A DNA stretch of 64,000 nt from a virus (taxonomy: Duplodnaviria; Caudoviricetes). Of the stretch, positions 1-10,815 are shown piece after piece. Made by a program: the position numbers and the translations under genes. The stretch lies in the IMG/VR virus record IMGVR_UViG_3300035180_001680; one strand, given 5' to 3'. Position 1 is the first letter of the stretch. Each line of letters starts with the position of its first letter. Below the pieces are notes generated by a model. That model saw only the letters and a program-made list of their open reading frames with translations. It was not told where the DNA came from and searched no databases.

Positions 1-548
1 GCTTCAGGAAATCTTCCTTTGATGACAGAACGAGCATAATATGAAGCCCACTGTGGATCTCTTGCAATAGCAGGTTCTCCTTCAGTCCATCTTCCTTTGA
101 TGACATCACTAGCATACCAATAAGCCCAACGTGGATCTTTTGCAATAACAGATTCTGCTTCAGGAAATCTTCCTTTGATGACATCACGAGCATAATATGA
201 AGCCCACTCTGGATGTTTTGCAATAACAGATTCTGCTTCAGGAAATCTTCCTTTGATGACTTGTTGAGCATACACATAAGCCCAATCTGCTTTTTTTGCA
301 ATAACAGGTTCTGCTTCAGTAAATCTTCTTTCGATGACTTGTTGAGCATACCTATAAGCCCACCGTGGATCTTTTGCAACAACAGACTCTGCTTCTTTTT
401 TCTGTTGTGCATTTAATTTTCCACTCTTTAATGCTTCAAAAGCCATCTCAGGCGTGGCCATGTGTTTTTTATCATATCCATGCAATTTTTCTGGGTTTGA
501 ATGATATTTGTATAAATCCATTGCTTCGAATAGATCACGCAATTTCAT
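1..548 (-). CDS. 26-aa repeat protein, array member, 3' end outside window
   Basis: ATG at 548 overlaps the TGA of 545..1165; manual translation gives the MKLRDLFEAM leader and repeats, with no stop before base 1. Confidence 0.92.
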   Translation of the reverse strand, partial: MKLRDLFEAMDLYKYHSNPEKLHGYDKKHMATPEMAFEALKSGKLNAQQKKEAESVVAKDPRWAYRYAQQVIERRFTEAEPVIAKKADWAYVYAQQVIKGRFPEAESVIAKHPEWASYYARDVIKGRFPEAESVIAKDPRWAYWYASDVIKGRWTEGEPAIARDPQWASYYARSVIKGRFPE

Positions 549-1165
549 TTCGAAAGTCCTTTAATAAATTCGTTGTATTTTTTAGCCCACTCTGGATTTT
601 TTGCAATAGCAGGTTCTGCTTCAGGCCATCTTCCTTTGATGACATCACGAGCATACCAATAAGCATACTGTGGATCTTTTGCAATAGCAGGTTCTCCTTC
701 AGGCCATCTTCCTTTGATGCTATCATCAGCATACTCATAAGCCCATTCTGGATCTTTTGCAATAGCAGGTTCTGCTTCAGGCCATCTTCCTTTGATGACA
801 TTATGAGCATAATATGTGGCCCACTCTGGATGTTTTGCAATAACAGGTTCTGCTTTAGGCCATCTTCCTTCAATGATATCATCAGCATACCAATAAGCCC
901 ACTGTGGGTTTTTTGCAATAACAGGTTCTGCCTCAGGCCATCTTCCTTGGATGATAGAACGAGCATACCAACAAGCAAACTTTGGATCTGTTGCAACAAC
1001 AGACTCTGCTTCTTTTTTCTGTTGCGCATTCAGTTTTCCACTCTCTAGTGCCTGATATGCCATCTCAGGCGTAGCCATGTGCTTTTTATCATATCCATGT
1101 AACTTCTCTGGATTTGAGTGGTATTTGTATAAATCCATCGCTTCGAATAAGTCACGTAGTTTCAT
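545..1165 (-). CDS. 26-aa repeat protein, 206 aa, 5 repeats
   Basis: ORF track; shared leader, repeats and cap. Confidence 0.93.
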   Translation of the reverse strand: MKLRDLFEAMDLYKYHSNPEKLHGYDKKHMATPEMAYQALESGKLNAQQKKEAESVVATDPKFACWYARSIIQGRWPEAEPVIAKNPQWAYWYADDIIEGRWPKAEPVIAKHPEWATYYAHNVIKGRWPEAEPAIAKDPEWAYEYADDSIKGRWPEGEPAIAKDPQYAYWYARDVIKGRWPEAEPAIAKNPEWAKKYNEFIKGLSK

Positions 1166-1782
1166 TTTGAAAGTCCTTTGATGAATTCGTTGTATTTTTT
1201 AGCCCACTTTGGATCTTTTGCAATAACAGGTTCTCCTTCAGGCCATCTTCCTTTGATGACATAACGAGCATACTCATAAGCCCAACCTGGATCTTTTGCA
1301 ATAACAGGTTCTGCTTCAGTCCATCTTCCTTTGATGACATAACGAGCATACCAATAAGCCCACCTTGGGTCTTTTACAATAGCAGGTTCTGCCTTAGGCC
1401 ATCTTCCTTGGATGATAGAGCGAGCATATTCATAAGCCCAATCTGCTTTTTTTGCAATAACAGGTTCTGCTTCAGGCCATCTTCCTTTGATGACTTGTTG
1501 AGCATACACACAAGCCCAATCTGCTTTTTTTGCAATAACAGGTTCTGCTTCAGGAAATCTTCTTTCGATGACTTGTTGGGCGTACTCATAAGCCCACCGT
1601 GGATCTGTTGCAACAACAGATTCTGCTTCTTTCTTTTGTTGTGCATTTAATTTTCCACTCTTTAGTGCCTCATAAGCCATCTCAGGAGTAGCCATGTGTT
1701 TTTTATCATATCCATGTAACTTCTCTGGATTTGAATGATATTTGTATAAATCCATTGCTTCGAATAGATCACGTAATTTCAT
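1162..1782 (-). CDS. 26-aa repeat protein, 206 aa, 5 repeats
   Basis: ORF track; shared leader, repeats and cap. Confidence 0.93.
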   Translation of the reverse strand: MKLRDLFEAMDLYKYHSNPEKLHGYDKKHMATPEMAYEALKSGKLNAQQKKEAESVVATDPRWAYEYAQQVIERRFPEAEPVIAKKADWACVYAQQVIKGRWPEAEPVIAKKADWAYEYARSIIQGRWPKAEPAIVKDPRWAYWYARYVIKGRWTEAEPVIAKDPGWAYEYARYVIKGRWPEGEPVIAKDPKWAKKYNEFIKGLSK

Positions 1783-2399
1783 TTTGAAAGTCCTTTGATG
1801 TCTTGTTTATACCGTTTAGCATATGTTGGGTCTTTTGCAATAGCAGGTTCTCCTTCAATCCATCTTCCTTTGATGACATCACTAGCATACCAATAAGCCC
1901 AACGTGGATCTTTTGCAATAACAGATTCTGCTTCAGGAAATCTTCCTTTGATGACATCGCGAGCATACAACCAAGCCCATTCTGGATCTTTTACAATAAC
2001 AGATTCTGCTTCAGGAAATCTTCCTTTAATGACATCATGAGCGTACATATAAGCCGTCCGTGGATTTTTTGCAATAACAGATTCTGCTTCAGGAAATCTT
2101 CCTTTGATGAAATCACGAGCATACAAAAAAGCCCATTCTGGATCTTTTGCAATAACAGATTCTGCTTCAGGCCATCTTCCTTTGATGATATCATCAACAT
2201 ACCTATAAGCCCAACGTGGATCTTTTGCGATAACAGACTCTGCTTCTTTTTTCTGTTGTGCATTTAATTTTCCACCTTTTAATGCTCCAAAAGCCATCTC
2301 AGGCGTAGCCATGTGTTTTTTATCAAACCCATGCAATTTTTCTGGGTTTGAATGATATTTGTATAAATTCATCGCTTCGAATAAGTCGCGTAGTTTCAT
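1779..2399 (-). CDS. 26-aa repeat protein, 206 aa, 5 repeats
   Basis: ORF track; shared leader, repeats and cap. Confidence 0.93.
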   Translation of the reverse strand: MKLRDLFEAMNLYKYHSNPEKLHGFDKKHMATPEMAFGALKGGKLNAQQKKEAESVIAKDPRWAYRYVDDIIKGRWPEAESVIAKDPEWAFLYARDFIKGRFPEAESVIAKNPRTAYMYAHDVIKGRFPEAESVIVKDPEWAWLYARDVIKGRFPEAESVIAKDPRWAYWYASDVIKGRWIEGEPAIAKDPTYAKRYKQDIKGLSK

Positions 2400-3094
2400 T
2401 TCGAAAGTCCTTTGATGAATTCGTTGTATTTTTTAGCCCACCTTGGATCTTTTACAATAGCAGGTTCTCCTTTAGGAAATCTTCCGTTGATGACATCATG
2501 AGCATACCAATAAGCCGTCCGTGGATTTTTTGCAACAGCAGGTTCTCCCTTAGGAAATCTTTCCTCGATGACATCACGAGCATACCAATAAGCATACTCT
2601 GGATCTTTTGCAATAACAGGTTCTGCTTCAGGCCATCTTCCTTTGATGACATTACGAACATACTCATAAGCCCATTCTGGATCTTTTGCAATAACAGGTT
2701 CCGCTTTAGGCCACCTTCCCTTAATGACATCATGAGCATACCAATAAGCATACTCTGGATCTTTTGCAATAACAGGTTCCGCTTTAGGCCACCTTCCCTT
2801 AATGACATCATGAGCATACCAATAAGCATACTCTGGATCTTTTGTAATAACAGGTTCCGCTTTAGGAAATCTTCCTTCAATGACATCACGAGCATACCAA
2901 TAAGCCCACTTTATATCTGTTGCAACAACAGATTCTGCTTCTTTTTTCTGTGGTGTATTTAATTTTCCACTCTTTAGTGCCTCATATGCCATCTGTGGAG
3001 TAGCCATGTGCTTTTTATCATATCCATGCAATTTCTCTGGATTCGAGTGATATTTGTATAAATCCATCGCTTCGAATAGATCACGTAGTTTCAT
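2396..3094 (-). CDS. 26-aa repeat protein, 232 aa, 6 repeats
   Basis: ORF track; contains an exact 78-nt tandem duplication near 2700-2855. Confidence 0.93.
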   Translation of the reverse strand: MKLRDLFEAMDLYKYHSNPEKLHGYDKKHMATPQMAYEALKSGKLNTPQKKEAESVVATDIKWAYWYARDVIEGRFPKAEPVITKDPEYAYWYAHDVIKGRWPKAEPVIAKDPEYAYWYAHDVIKGRWPKAEPVIAKDPEWAYEYVRNVIKGRWPEAEPVIAKDPEYAYWYARDVIEERFPKGEPAVAKNPRTAYWYAHDVINGRFPKGEPAIVKDPRWAKKYNEFIKGLSK

Positions 3095-3789
3095 TTTGAA
3101 AGTTCTTTGATGTATTGTTTATAATATTTAGCATACTCTGGATCTTTTGCAATAACAGATTCTCCTTTAGGAAATCTTTCTTTGATGACATCATGAGCGT
3201 ACATATAAGCCGTCCGTGGATTTTTTGCAATAGCAGGTTCTCCTTCAGGCCATCTTCCTTTGATGACATCACGAGCATACCAAAAAGCATAATCTGGATC
3301 TTTTGCAATGACAGATTCTCCTTTAGGAAATCTTTCTTTAATGATATAACGAGCATACTCATAAGCCCAATCTGCTTTTTTTGCAACAGCAGGTTCTCCT
3401 TTAGGAAATCTTTCTTTGATGATATCATGAGCGTACATATAAGCCATCCGTGGATCTTTTGCAATAACAGATTCTGCTTCAGGAAATCTTCCTTTGATGA
3501 AATCACGAGCATACAAAAAAGCCCATTCTGGATCTTTTGCAATAGCAGGTTCTCCTTTAGGAAATCTTTCTTTGATGACATTACTGACATACCAATAAGC
3601 CCACTTTGTATCTGTTGCAACAACAGACTCTGCTTCTTTTTTCTGTTGTGCATTTAGTTTTCCACTCTTTAGTGCCTCATATGCCATCTCAGGCGTAGCC
3701 ATGTGCTTTTTATCATATCCATGCAATTTCTCTGGATTTGAGTGGTATTTGTATAAGTTCATCGCTTCGAATAAGTCACGTAATTTCAT
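3091..3789 (-). CDS. 26-aa repeat protein, 232 aa, 6 repeats
   Basis: ORF track; ends KELSK instead of KGLSK/KGISK. Confidence 0.93.
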   Translation of the reverse strand: MKLRDLFEAMNLYKYHSNPEKLHGYDKKHMATPEMAYEALKSGKLNAQQKKEAESVVATDTKWAYWYVSNVIKERFPKGEPAIAKDPEWAFLYARDFIKGRFPEAESVIAKDPRMAYMYAHDIIKERFPKGEPAVAKKADWAYEYARYIIKERFPKGESVIAKDPDYAFWYARDVIKGRWPEGEPAIAKNPRTAYMYAHDVIKERFPKGESVIAKDPEYAKYYKQYIKELSK

Positions 3790-4484
3790 TTTGAAAGTCC
3801 TTTGATGAATTCTTTGTAATTTTTAGCCAGGTGTGGATCTTTTGCAATGACAGATTCTGCTTCAGGAAATCTTTCCTTGATGACATCACGAGCATACCCA
3901 TAAGCATAATCTGGATCTTTTGCAATAGCAGGTTCTCCTTTGGGAAATCTTTCTTTAATGACATCACGAGCATAACTATAAGCCCACCGTGGATCTTTTG
4001 CAATAACAGGTTCTGCTTCAGGAAATCTTCCTTTGATGACAGAATGAGCATACCAATAAGCATACTCTGGATCTTTTGCAATAACAGGTTCTCCTTTAGG
4101 AAATCTTCCTTTGATGACATCACGAGCATAATATGAAGCCCACCGTGGATCTTTTGCAATAACAGACTCTGCTTCAGGAAAGCTTCCTTTGATGACATCA
4201 CGAGCATAATATGAAGCAAACTTTGGATCTGTTGCAACAACAGGTTCTCCTTCAGGAAATCTTCCTTTGATGACATCACGAGCATAATATGAAGCAAACT
4301 TTGGATCTGTTGCAACAACAGATTCTGCTTCTTTCTTTTGTTGTGCATTCAGTTTTCCACTCTCTAGTGCCTCATAGGCCATCTCAGGAGTAGCCATGTG
4401 TTTTTTATCATATCCATGTAACTTCTCTGGATTCGAGTGGTATTTGTATAAATCCATTGCTTCGAGTAGATCACGCAATTTCAT
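3786..4484 (-). CDS. 26-aa repeat protein, 232 aa, 6 repeats
   Basis: ORF track; LLEAM leader variant. Confidence 0.93.
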   Translation of the reverse strand: MKLRDLLEAMDLYKYHSNPEKLHGYDKKHMATPEMAYEALESGKLNAQQKKEAESVVATDPKFASYYARDVIKGRFPEGEPVVATDPKFASYYARDVIKGSFPEAESVIAKDPRWASYYARDVIKGRFPKGEPVIAKDPEYAYWYAHSVIKGRFPEAEPVIAKDPRWAYSYARDVIKERFPKGEPAIAKDPDYAYGYARDVIKERFPEAESVIAKDPHLAKNYKEFIKGLSK

Positions 4485-5179
4485 TTTGAAATTCCTTTAA
4501 TAAATTCTTTGTATTTTTTGGTCCATTCTGAATCTTTTGCAATAATAGGTTCTGCTTCAGGAAATCTTCCTTTGATGACATAACGAGCATACCAATAAGC
4601 CCAACCTGAATCTTTTGCAATAATAGGTTCTGCTTCAGGAAATCTTCCTTTGATGACATTACGAGCATACCAATAAGCCCACTGTGGGTTTTTTGCAATA
4701 ACCGGTTCTGCTTCAGACCATCTTCCTTTAGTGACATCACGAGCATAATCATAAGCCCATTTTGGATGTTTTGCAATAGCAGGTTCTGCTTCAGGCCATC
4801 TTCCTTTGATGACATCACGAGCGTACGTATAAGCCGACCGTGGATCTTTTGCAATGACAGATTCTCCTTTAGGAAATCTTTCTTTGATGACATTACAAGC
4901 ATACCAATAAGCCCATTCAGGATCTTTTGCAATAACAGGTTCTGCCTTAGGCCATCTTCCTTGGATGACATCACGAGCATAATATGAAGCAAACTCTGGA
5001 TCTGTTACAACAACAGATTCTGCTTCTTTCTTTTGTTGTGCATTTAATTTTCCACTCTTTAGTGCCTCATAAGCCATCTCAGGCGTAGCCATGTGTTTTT
5101 TATCAAACCCATGCAATTTTTCTGGGTTTGAATGATATTTGTATAAATCCATTGCTTCGAGTAGATCACGCAATTTCAT
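4481..5179 (-). CDS. 26-aa repeat protein, 232 aa, 6 repeats
   Basis: ORF track; LLEAM leader variant. Confidence 0.93.
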   Translation of the reverse strand: MKLRDLLEAMDLYKYHSNPEKLHGFDKKHMATPEMAYEALKSGKLNAQQKKEAESVVVTDPEFASYYARDVIQGRWPKAEPVIAKDPEWAYWYACNVIKERFPKGESVIAKDPRSAYTYARDVIKGRWPEAEPAIAKHPKWAYDYARDVTKGRWSEAEPVIAKNPQWAYWYARNVIKGRFPEAEPIIAKDSGWAYWYARYVIKGRFPEAEPIIAKDSEWTKKYKEFIKGISK

Positions 5180-5718
5180 TTTGAAATTCCTTTAATAAAT
5201 TCTTTGTATTTTTTGGTCCATTTTGGATGTTTTGCAATAGCAGGTTCTGCTTCAGGAAATCTTCCTTTGATGACAGAACGAGCATACCAACAAGCCCATT
5301 CTGGATCTTTTGCAATAGCAGGTTCTCCTTTAGGAAATCTTTCTTTGATGACACTACAAGCATACCAATAAGCCCATTCAGGATCTTTTGCAATAGCAGG
5401 TTCTCCTTTAGGAAATCTTCCTTTGATGACATCACGAGCATAACTATAAGCCCACTGTGGATCTGTTGCAATAACAGGTTCTGCCTTAGGCCATCTTCTT
5501 TGGATGACAGAACGAGCATACCAATAAGCAAACTCTGGATCTGTTACAATAACAGATTCTGCTTCTTTCTTTTGTTGTGCATTCAGTTTTCCGCTCTCTA
5601 GTGCCTGATATGCCATCTGTGGAGTAGCCATGTGCTTTTTATCAAACCCATGCAATTTCTCTGGATTCGAGTGATATTTGTATAAATCCATTGCTTCGAG
5701 TAAGTCACGTAATTTCAT
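5176..5718 (-). CDS. 26-aa repeat protein, 180 aa, 4 repeats (shortest)
   Basis: ORF track; LLEAM leader variant. Confidence 0.93.
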   Translation of the reverse strand: MKLRDLLEAMDLYKYHSNPEKLHGFDKKHMATPQMAYQALESGKLNAQQKKEAESVIVTDPEFAYWYARSVIQRRWPKAEPVIATDPQWAYSYARDVIKGRFPKGEPAIAKDPEWAYWYACSVIKERFPKGEPAIAKDPEWACWYARSVIKGRFPEAEPAIAKHPKWTKKYKEFIKGISK

Positions 5719-6335
5719 TTCGAAAGTCCTTTGATGAATTCGTTGTAATTTTTAGCCAGGTGTGGATCTTTTGCAATAGCAGATTCTGCTTCAGGAAATC
5801 TTCCTTTAATGACATAACGAGCATACGTATAAGCCCACTGTGGATCTTTTGCAATGACAGATTCTCCTTTAGGAAATCTTTCTTTGATGACTTGTTGAGC
5901 ATACACATAAGCCCAATCTGCTTTTTTTGCAATAGCAGGTTCTCCTTTAGGAAACCTTCCTTCGATAACATTACGAGCATACAAACAAGCCCACTCTGGA
6001 TCTTTTGCAATGACAGATTCTCCTTTAGGAAATCTTTCTCCAATGACATCTATAGCATACTCATAAGCCAACTCTGGATCTTTTGCAATAATAGGTTCTC
6101 CTTTAGGAAACCTTCCTTTGATGACATTACGAGCATACTCATAAGCAAACTTTGGATCTGTTGCAACAACAGATTCTGCTTCTTTTTTCTGTGGTACATT
6201 TAATTTTCCACTCTTTAGTGCCTCATAGGCCATCTCAGGAGTAGCCATGTGCTTTTTATCATATCCATGTAACTTCTCTGGATTTGAATGATATTTGTAT
6301 AAATCCATCGCTTCGAATAGATCACGTAATTTCAT
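5715..6335 (-). CDS. 26-aa repeat protein, 206 aa, 5 repeats
   Basis: ORF track; shared leader, repeats and cap. Confidence 0.93.
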   Translation of the reverse strand: MKLRDLFEAMDLYKYHSNPEKLHGYDKKHMATPEMAYEALKSGKLNVPQKKEAESVVATDPKFAYEYARNVIKGRFPKGEPIIAKDPELAYEYAIDVIGERFPKGESVIAKDPEWACLYARNVIEGRFPKGEPAIAKKADWAYVYAQQVIKERFPKGESVIAKDPQWAYTYARYVIKGRFPEAESAIAKDPHLAKNYNEFIKGLSK

Positions 6336-6952
6336 TTTGAAAGTCCTTTGATGAATTCGTTGTATGGCTTAGCCCACTGTGGATCTTTTGCAATAACAGG
6401 TTCTGCTTCAGGCCATCTTCCTTTGATGACATGACGAGCATACCAATAAGCCCAACCTGGATCTTTTGCAATAACAGGTTCTGCTTCAGGCCATCTTCCC
6501 CTGATGACATCACGAGCATACGGACAAGCCCGCGTTGGATCTGTTGCAATAGCAGGTTCTCCTTTAGGAAATCTTCCTTTGATGATATCATCAGCATAAT
6601 TATAAGCCCAACGTGGATCTTTTGCAATAACAGGTTCTGCTTCAGGAAATCTTTCTTTGATGACATCACGAGCATACAAAAAAGCCCATTCTGGATCTTT
6701 TGCAATAGCAGGTTCTCCTTTAGGAAATCTTTCTTTGATGACATTACAAGCATACCAATAAGCCCACTGTGGGTTTTTTGCAACAACAGACTCTGCTTCT
6801 TTTTTCTGTTGTGCGTTTAATTTTCCATCTTTTAATGCTCCACAAGCCATCTCAGGCGTAGCTATGTGCTTTTTATCATATCCAGGTAACGTCTCTGGAT
6901 TCGAGTGATATTTGTATAAATCCATCGCTTCGAATAGATCACGTAATTTCAT
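6332..6952 (-). CDS. 26-aa repeat protein, 206 aa, 5 repeats
   Basis: ORF track; PETLPGYDKKHI leader variant. Confidence 0.93.
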   Translation of the reverse strand: MKLRDLFEAMDLYKYHSNPETLPGYDKKHIATPEMACGALKDGKLNAQQKKEAESVVAKNPQWAYWYACNVIKERFPKGEPAIAKDPEWAFLYARDVIKERFPEAEPVIAKDPRWAYNYADDIIKGRFPKGEPAIATDPTRACPYARDVIRGRWPEAEPVIAKDPGWAYWYARHVIKGRWPEAEPVIAKDPQWAKPYNEFIKGLSK

Positions 6953-7645
6953 TTTGAAAGTCCTTTGATGAATTCGTTGTATTTTTTAGCCCATCTTAGA
7001 TCTTTTACAATAGCAGGTTCTCCTTCAGGCCATCTTCCTTCGATGAAATCACGAGCATACCAATAAGCATACTGTGGGTTTTTTGCAATAGCCGGTTCTC
7101 CTTCAGGCCATTTTCCTTTGATGATATCATCAACATATATAAGCCCAATTTGCTTTTTTTGCAATAACAGATTCTGCTTCAGGAAATCTTCCTTTGATGA
7201 CATTATAAGCATACTCATAAGCCCACCGTGGATCTTTTGCAATAGCAGGTTCTCCTTCAGGCCATCTTCCTTTAATGAAATCGCGAGCATAATTATAAGC
7301 CCAATGTGGATCTTTTGCAATAACAGGTTCTACTTCAGGCCATCTTCCTTTGATGACATAACGAGCATACCAATAAGCCCATTCTGGATCTTTTGCAATA
7401 ACAGATTCTGCTTTAGGCCATCTTCCTTTAATGACATAATGAGCATACTCATAAGCCCATTCTGGATCTTTTGCAACAACAGATTCTGCTTCTTTTTTCT
7501 GTTGTGCATTCAGTTTTCCACTCTTTAGTGCCTCATATGCCATCTGTGGAGTAGCCATGTGTTTTTTATCATATCCATGTAACTTCTCTGGATTCGAGTG
7601 GTATTTGTATAAATCCATTGCTTCGAATAGATCACGTAGTTTCAT
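6949..7645 (-). pseudogene. Frameshifted array member (6 repeats; 2-nt deletion near 7135-7141)
   Basis: Unit is 697 nt versus 699 nt for intact 6-repeat genes; 7130..7645 stops at ...WAYIC*, and the other frame continues YVDDIIKGKWP...KGLSK to 6949. Confidence 0.85.
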
Positions 7646-8262
7646 TTCGAAAGTCCTTTGATGTCTTGTTTATACCGTTTAGCATATGTTGGATCTTTTG
7701 CAATAACAGGTTCTGCTTCAGGAAATCTTCCTTTGATGACATCACGAGCATACCCATAAGCAAACTCTGGATCTTTTGCAATAACAGGTTCTGCTTTAGG
7801 CCATCTTCCTTTGATGACATCATGAGTATACCAATAAGCCGACTTTGGATATTTTGCAATAACAGATTCTGCTTCAGAAAATCTTCCTTTGATGACATCA
7901 CGAGCATAATATGAAGCCCAACCTGGATCTTTTGCAATAACAGGTTCTGCTTCAGGCCATCTTCCTTTGATGACATCACGAGCATACAAACAAGCCCACT
8001 GTGGATTTTTTGCAATAGCAGGTTCTCCTTTAGGAAATCTTCTTTCGGTGACATCACGAGCATAATAATGAGCCAACTCTGGAACTTTTGCAATAACAGA
8101 CTCTGCTTCTTTTTTCTGTTGTGCGTTTAATTTTCCACTCTTTAGTGCCTCATAGGCCATCTCAGGAGAAACCATGTGCCTTTTATCATATCCATGTAAC
8201 TTCTCTGGATTTGAGTGGTATTTGTATAAATTCATTGCTTCGAATAAGTCACGTAGTTTCAT
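7642..8262 (-). CDS. 26-aa repeat protein, 206 aa, 5 repeats
   Basis: ORF track; shared leader, repeats and cap. Confidence 0.93.
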   Translation of the reverse strand: MKLRDLFEAMNLYKYHSNPEKLHGYDKRHMVSPEMAYEALKSGKLNAQQKKEAESVIAKVPELAHYYARDVTERRFPKGEPAIAKNPQWACLYARDVIKGRWPEAEPVIAKDPGWASYYARDVIKGRFSEAESVIAKYPKSAYWYTHDVIKGRWPKAEPVIAKDPEFAYGYARDVIKGRFPEAEPVIAKDPTYAKRYKQDIKGLSK

Positions 8263-8879
8263 TTCGAAAGTCCTTTAATAAATTCGTTGTAATTTTTAGT
8301 CGACTGTAGGTTTTTTGCAATAGCAGGTTCTCCTTCAGGCCATCTTCCTTTGATGACATGACGAGCATAATATGAAGCCCACCGTGGAGCTTTTGCAATA
8401 GCAGGTTCTCCTTCAGGCCATCTTCCTTTGATGACATCACGAGCATACCCATAAGCATACTCTGGGTGTTTTGCAATGACAGATTCTCCTTTAGGAAATC
8501 TTTCTTCGATGACATAACGAGCATAATATGAAGCCCATTGTGGATCTTTTGCAATAGCAGGTTCTCCTTCAGGCCATCTTCCTTTAATGACACCATGAGC
8601 ATACCAATAAGCATACTCTGGGTGTTTTGCAATGATAGATTCTCCTTTAGGAAATCTTTCTTTGATGACTCGTTGAGCATACTCATAAGCCCACTGTGGA
8701 TCTGTTGCAACAACAGACTCTGCTTCTTTTTTCTGTTGTGCATTCAGTTTTCCACTCTCTAGTGCCTCATAAGCCATCTCAGGAGTAGCCATGTGCTTTT
8801 TATCAAACCCATGCAATTTTTCTGGGTTTGAATGATATTTGTATAAATCCATTGCTTCGAATAAGTCACGTAATTTCAT
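8259..8879 (-). CDS. 26-aa repeat protein, 206 aa, 5 repeats
   Basis: ORF track; shared leader, repeats and cap. Confidence 0.93.
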   Translation of the reverse strand: MKLRDLFEAMDLYKYHSNPEKLHGFDKKHMATPEMAYEALESGKLNAQQKKEAESVVATDPQWAYEYAQRVIKERFPKGESIIAKHPEYAYWYAHGVIKGRWPEGEPAIAKDPQWASYYARYVIEERFPKGESVIAKHPEYAYGYARDVIKGRWPEGEPAIAKAPRWASYYARHVIKGRWPEGEPAIAKNLQSTKNYNEFIKGLSK

Positions 8880-9730
8880 TTTGAAATTCCTTTAATAAAT
8901 TCGTTGTATTTTTTAGCCCACTTTGGATGTTTTGCAATAACAGATTCTGCTTCAGGAAATCTTCCCCTGATGACATTATGAGCATACCAATAAGCCCAAC
9001 GTGGATCTTTTGCAATAACAGGTTCTGCTTCAGGCCATCTTCCTTTAATGAAATCACGAGCATACGTATAAGCCCAATCTGCTTTTTTTGCAATAGCAGG
9101 TTCTGCTTCAGGCCATCTTCCTTTGATGACATCACGAGCATACAAAAAAGCCCGTTCTGGATCTTTTGCAATAGCAGGTTCTCCTTTAGGAAATCTTTCT
9201 TTGATGACAAAATGAGCGTAATATGAAGCCCACTGTGGATCTGTTGCAATAGCAGGTTCTCCTTTAGGCCATCTTCCTTTAATGACATCACGAGCATAAC
9301 TATAAGCATACCCTGGAACTTTTGCAATAGCAGGTTCTGCTTCAGGCCATCTTTCTTTGATGACATCACGAGCGTACCAATAAGCCGACTCTGGAACTTT
9401 TGCAAAGACAGATTCTCCTTCAGGCCATCTTCCTTTGATGACATCACGAGCATACCAATAAGCCAACTCTAGATCTTTTGCAATAACAGGTTCTCCTTTA
9501 GGAAACCTTCCTTTGATGAAATCACGAGCGTACTCATAAGCCCATCTTGGATCTTTTGCAACAACAGATTCTGCTTCTTTTTTCTGTTGTGCATTTAATT
9601 TTCCACCTTTTAATGCTTCAAAAGCCATCTCAGGAGTAGCCATGTGTTTTTTATCAAACCCATGCAATTTCTCTGGATTCGAGTGATATTTGTATAAATC
9701 CATTGCTTCGAATAAGTCACGTAGTTTCAT
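8876..9730 (-). CDS. 26-aa repeat protein, 284 aa, 8 repeats
   Basis: ORF track; shared leader, repeats and cap. Confidence 0.93.
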   Translation of the reverse strand: MKLRDLFEAMDLYKYHSNPEKLHGFDKKHMATPEMAFEALKGGKLNAQQKKEAESVVAKDPRWAYEYARDFIKGRFPKGEPVIAKDLELAYWYARDVIKGRWPEGESVFAKVPESAYWYARDVIKERWPEAEPAIAKVPGYAYSYARDVIKGRWPKGEPAIATDPQWASYYAHFVIKERFPKGEPAIAKDPERAFLYARDVIKGRWPEAEPAIAKKADWAYTYARDFIKGRWPEAEPVIAKDPRWAYWYAHNVIRGRFPEAESVIAKHPKWAKKYNEFIKGISK

Positions 9731-10815
9731 TTCGAAAGTCCTTTGATGAATTCGTTGTATTTTTTAGTCCATCTTGGATCTTTTGCAATAACAGATTCTG
9801 CTTCAGGCCATCTTCCTTTAATGACATGACGAGCATACCAATAAGCATACTCTGGATGTTTTACAATAGCAGGTTCTCCTTCAGACCATCTTCCTTTGAT
9901 GACATAACGAGCATACTCATAAGCCCACCGTGGGTTTTTTGCAATAACAGGTTCTCCTTCAGGCCATCTTCCTTTGATGACATAATGAGCATACACACAA
10001 GCCCACTGTGGATCTTTTGCAATAACAGGTTCTCCTTTAGGAAACCTTCCTTTGATGACATTGAGAGCATACTCATAAGCCAACTCTGGATCTTTTGCAA
10101 TAACAGGTTCTCCTTTAGGAAACCTTCCTTTGATGACATTGAGAGCATACGCATAAGCCCAATATGCTTTTTTTGCAATAGCAGGTTCTCCTTCAGGCCA
10201 TCTTCCTTTAATGAAATCACGAGCATACATATAAGCCCAACCTGGATCTTTTGCAATAACATGTTCTACTTCAGGCCATCTTCCTTTGATGACATAACGA
10301 GCATACTCACAAGCCCAATGTGGATCTTTTGCAATAGCAGGTTCTCCTTTAGGAAACCTTCCTTTAATGAAATCATGAGCATACGTATAAGCCCAATCTG
10401 CTTTTTTTGCAATAGCGGGTTCTCCTTCAGGCCATCTTCCTTTGATGAAATTACGAGCATACGCATAAGCCCACTTTGGATCTTTTGCAATAACAGGTTC
10501 TCCTTTAGTAAACCTTCCTTTGATGACATCTGTAGCATACTCATAAGCCAACTCTGGAACTTTTGCAATGACAGATTCTGCTTTAGGCCATCTTCCTTTG
10601 ATGACATTACGAGCATACCTATAAGCCCACGTTGTATCTGTTGCAACAACAGATTCTGCTTCTTTCTTTTGTTGTGCATTTAATTTTCCACTCTTTAGTG
10701 CCTCATAGGCCATCTCAGGAGTAGCCATGTGTTTTTTATCAAACCCATGCAATTTTTCTGGATTCGAGTGGTATTTGTATAAATCCATTGCTTCGAATAA
10801 GTCACGTAGTTTCAT
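9727..10815 (-). CDS. 26-aa repeat protein, 362 aa, 11 repeats (longest)
   Basis: ORF track; shared leader, repeats and cap. Confidence 0.93.
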   Translation of the reverse strand: MKLRDLFEAMDLYKYHSNPEKLHGFDKKHMATPEMAYEALKSGKLNAQQKKEAESVVATDTTWAYRYARNVIKGRWPKAESVIAKVPELAYEYATDVIKGRFTKGEPVIAKDPKWAYAYARNFIKGRWPEGEPAIAKKADWAYTYAHDFIKGRFPKGEPAIAKDPHWACEYARYVIKGRWPEVEHVIAKDPGWAYMYARDFIKGRWPEGEPAIAKKAYWAYAYALNVIKGRFPKGEPVIAKDPELAYEYALNVIKGRFPKGEPVIAKDPQWACVYAHYVIKGRWPEGEPVIAKNPRWAYEYARYVIKGRWSEGEPAIVKHPEYAYWYARHVIKGRWPEAESVIAKDPRWTKKYNEFIKGLSK

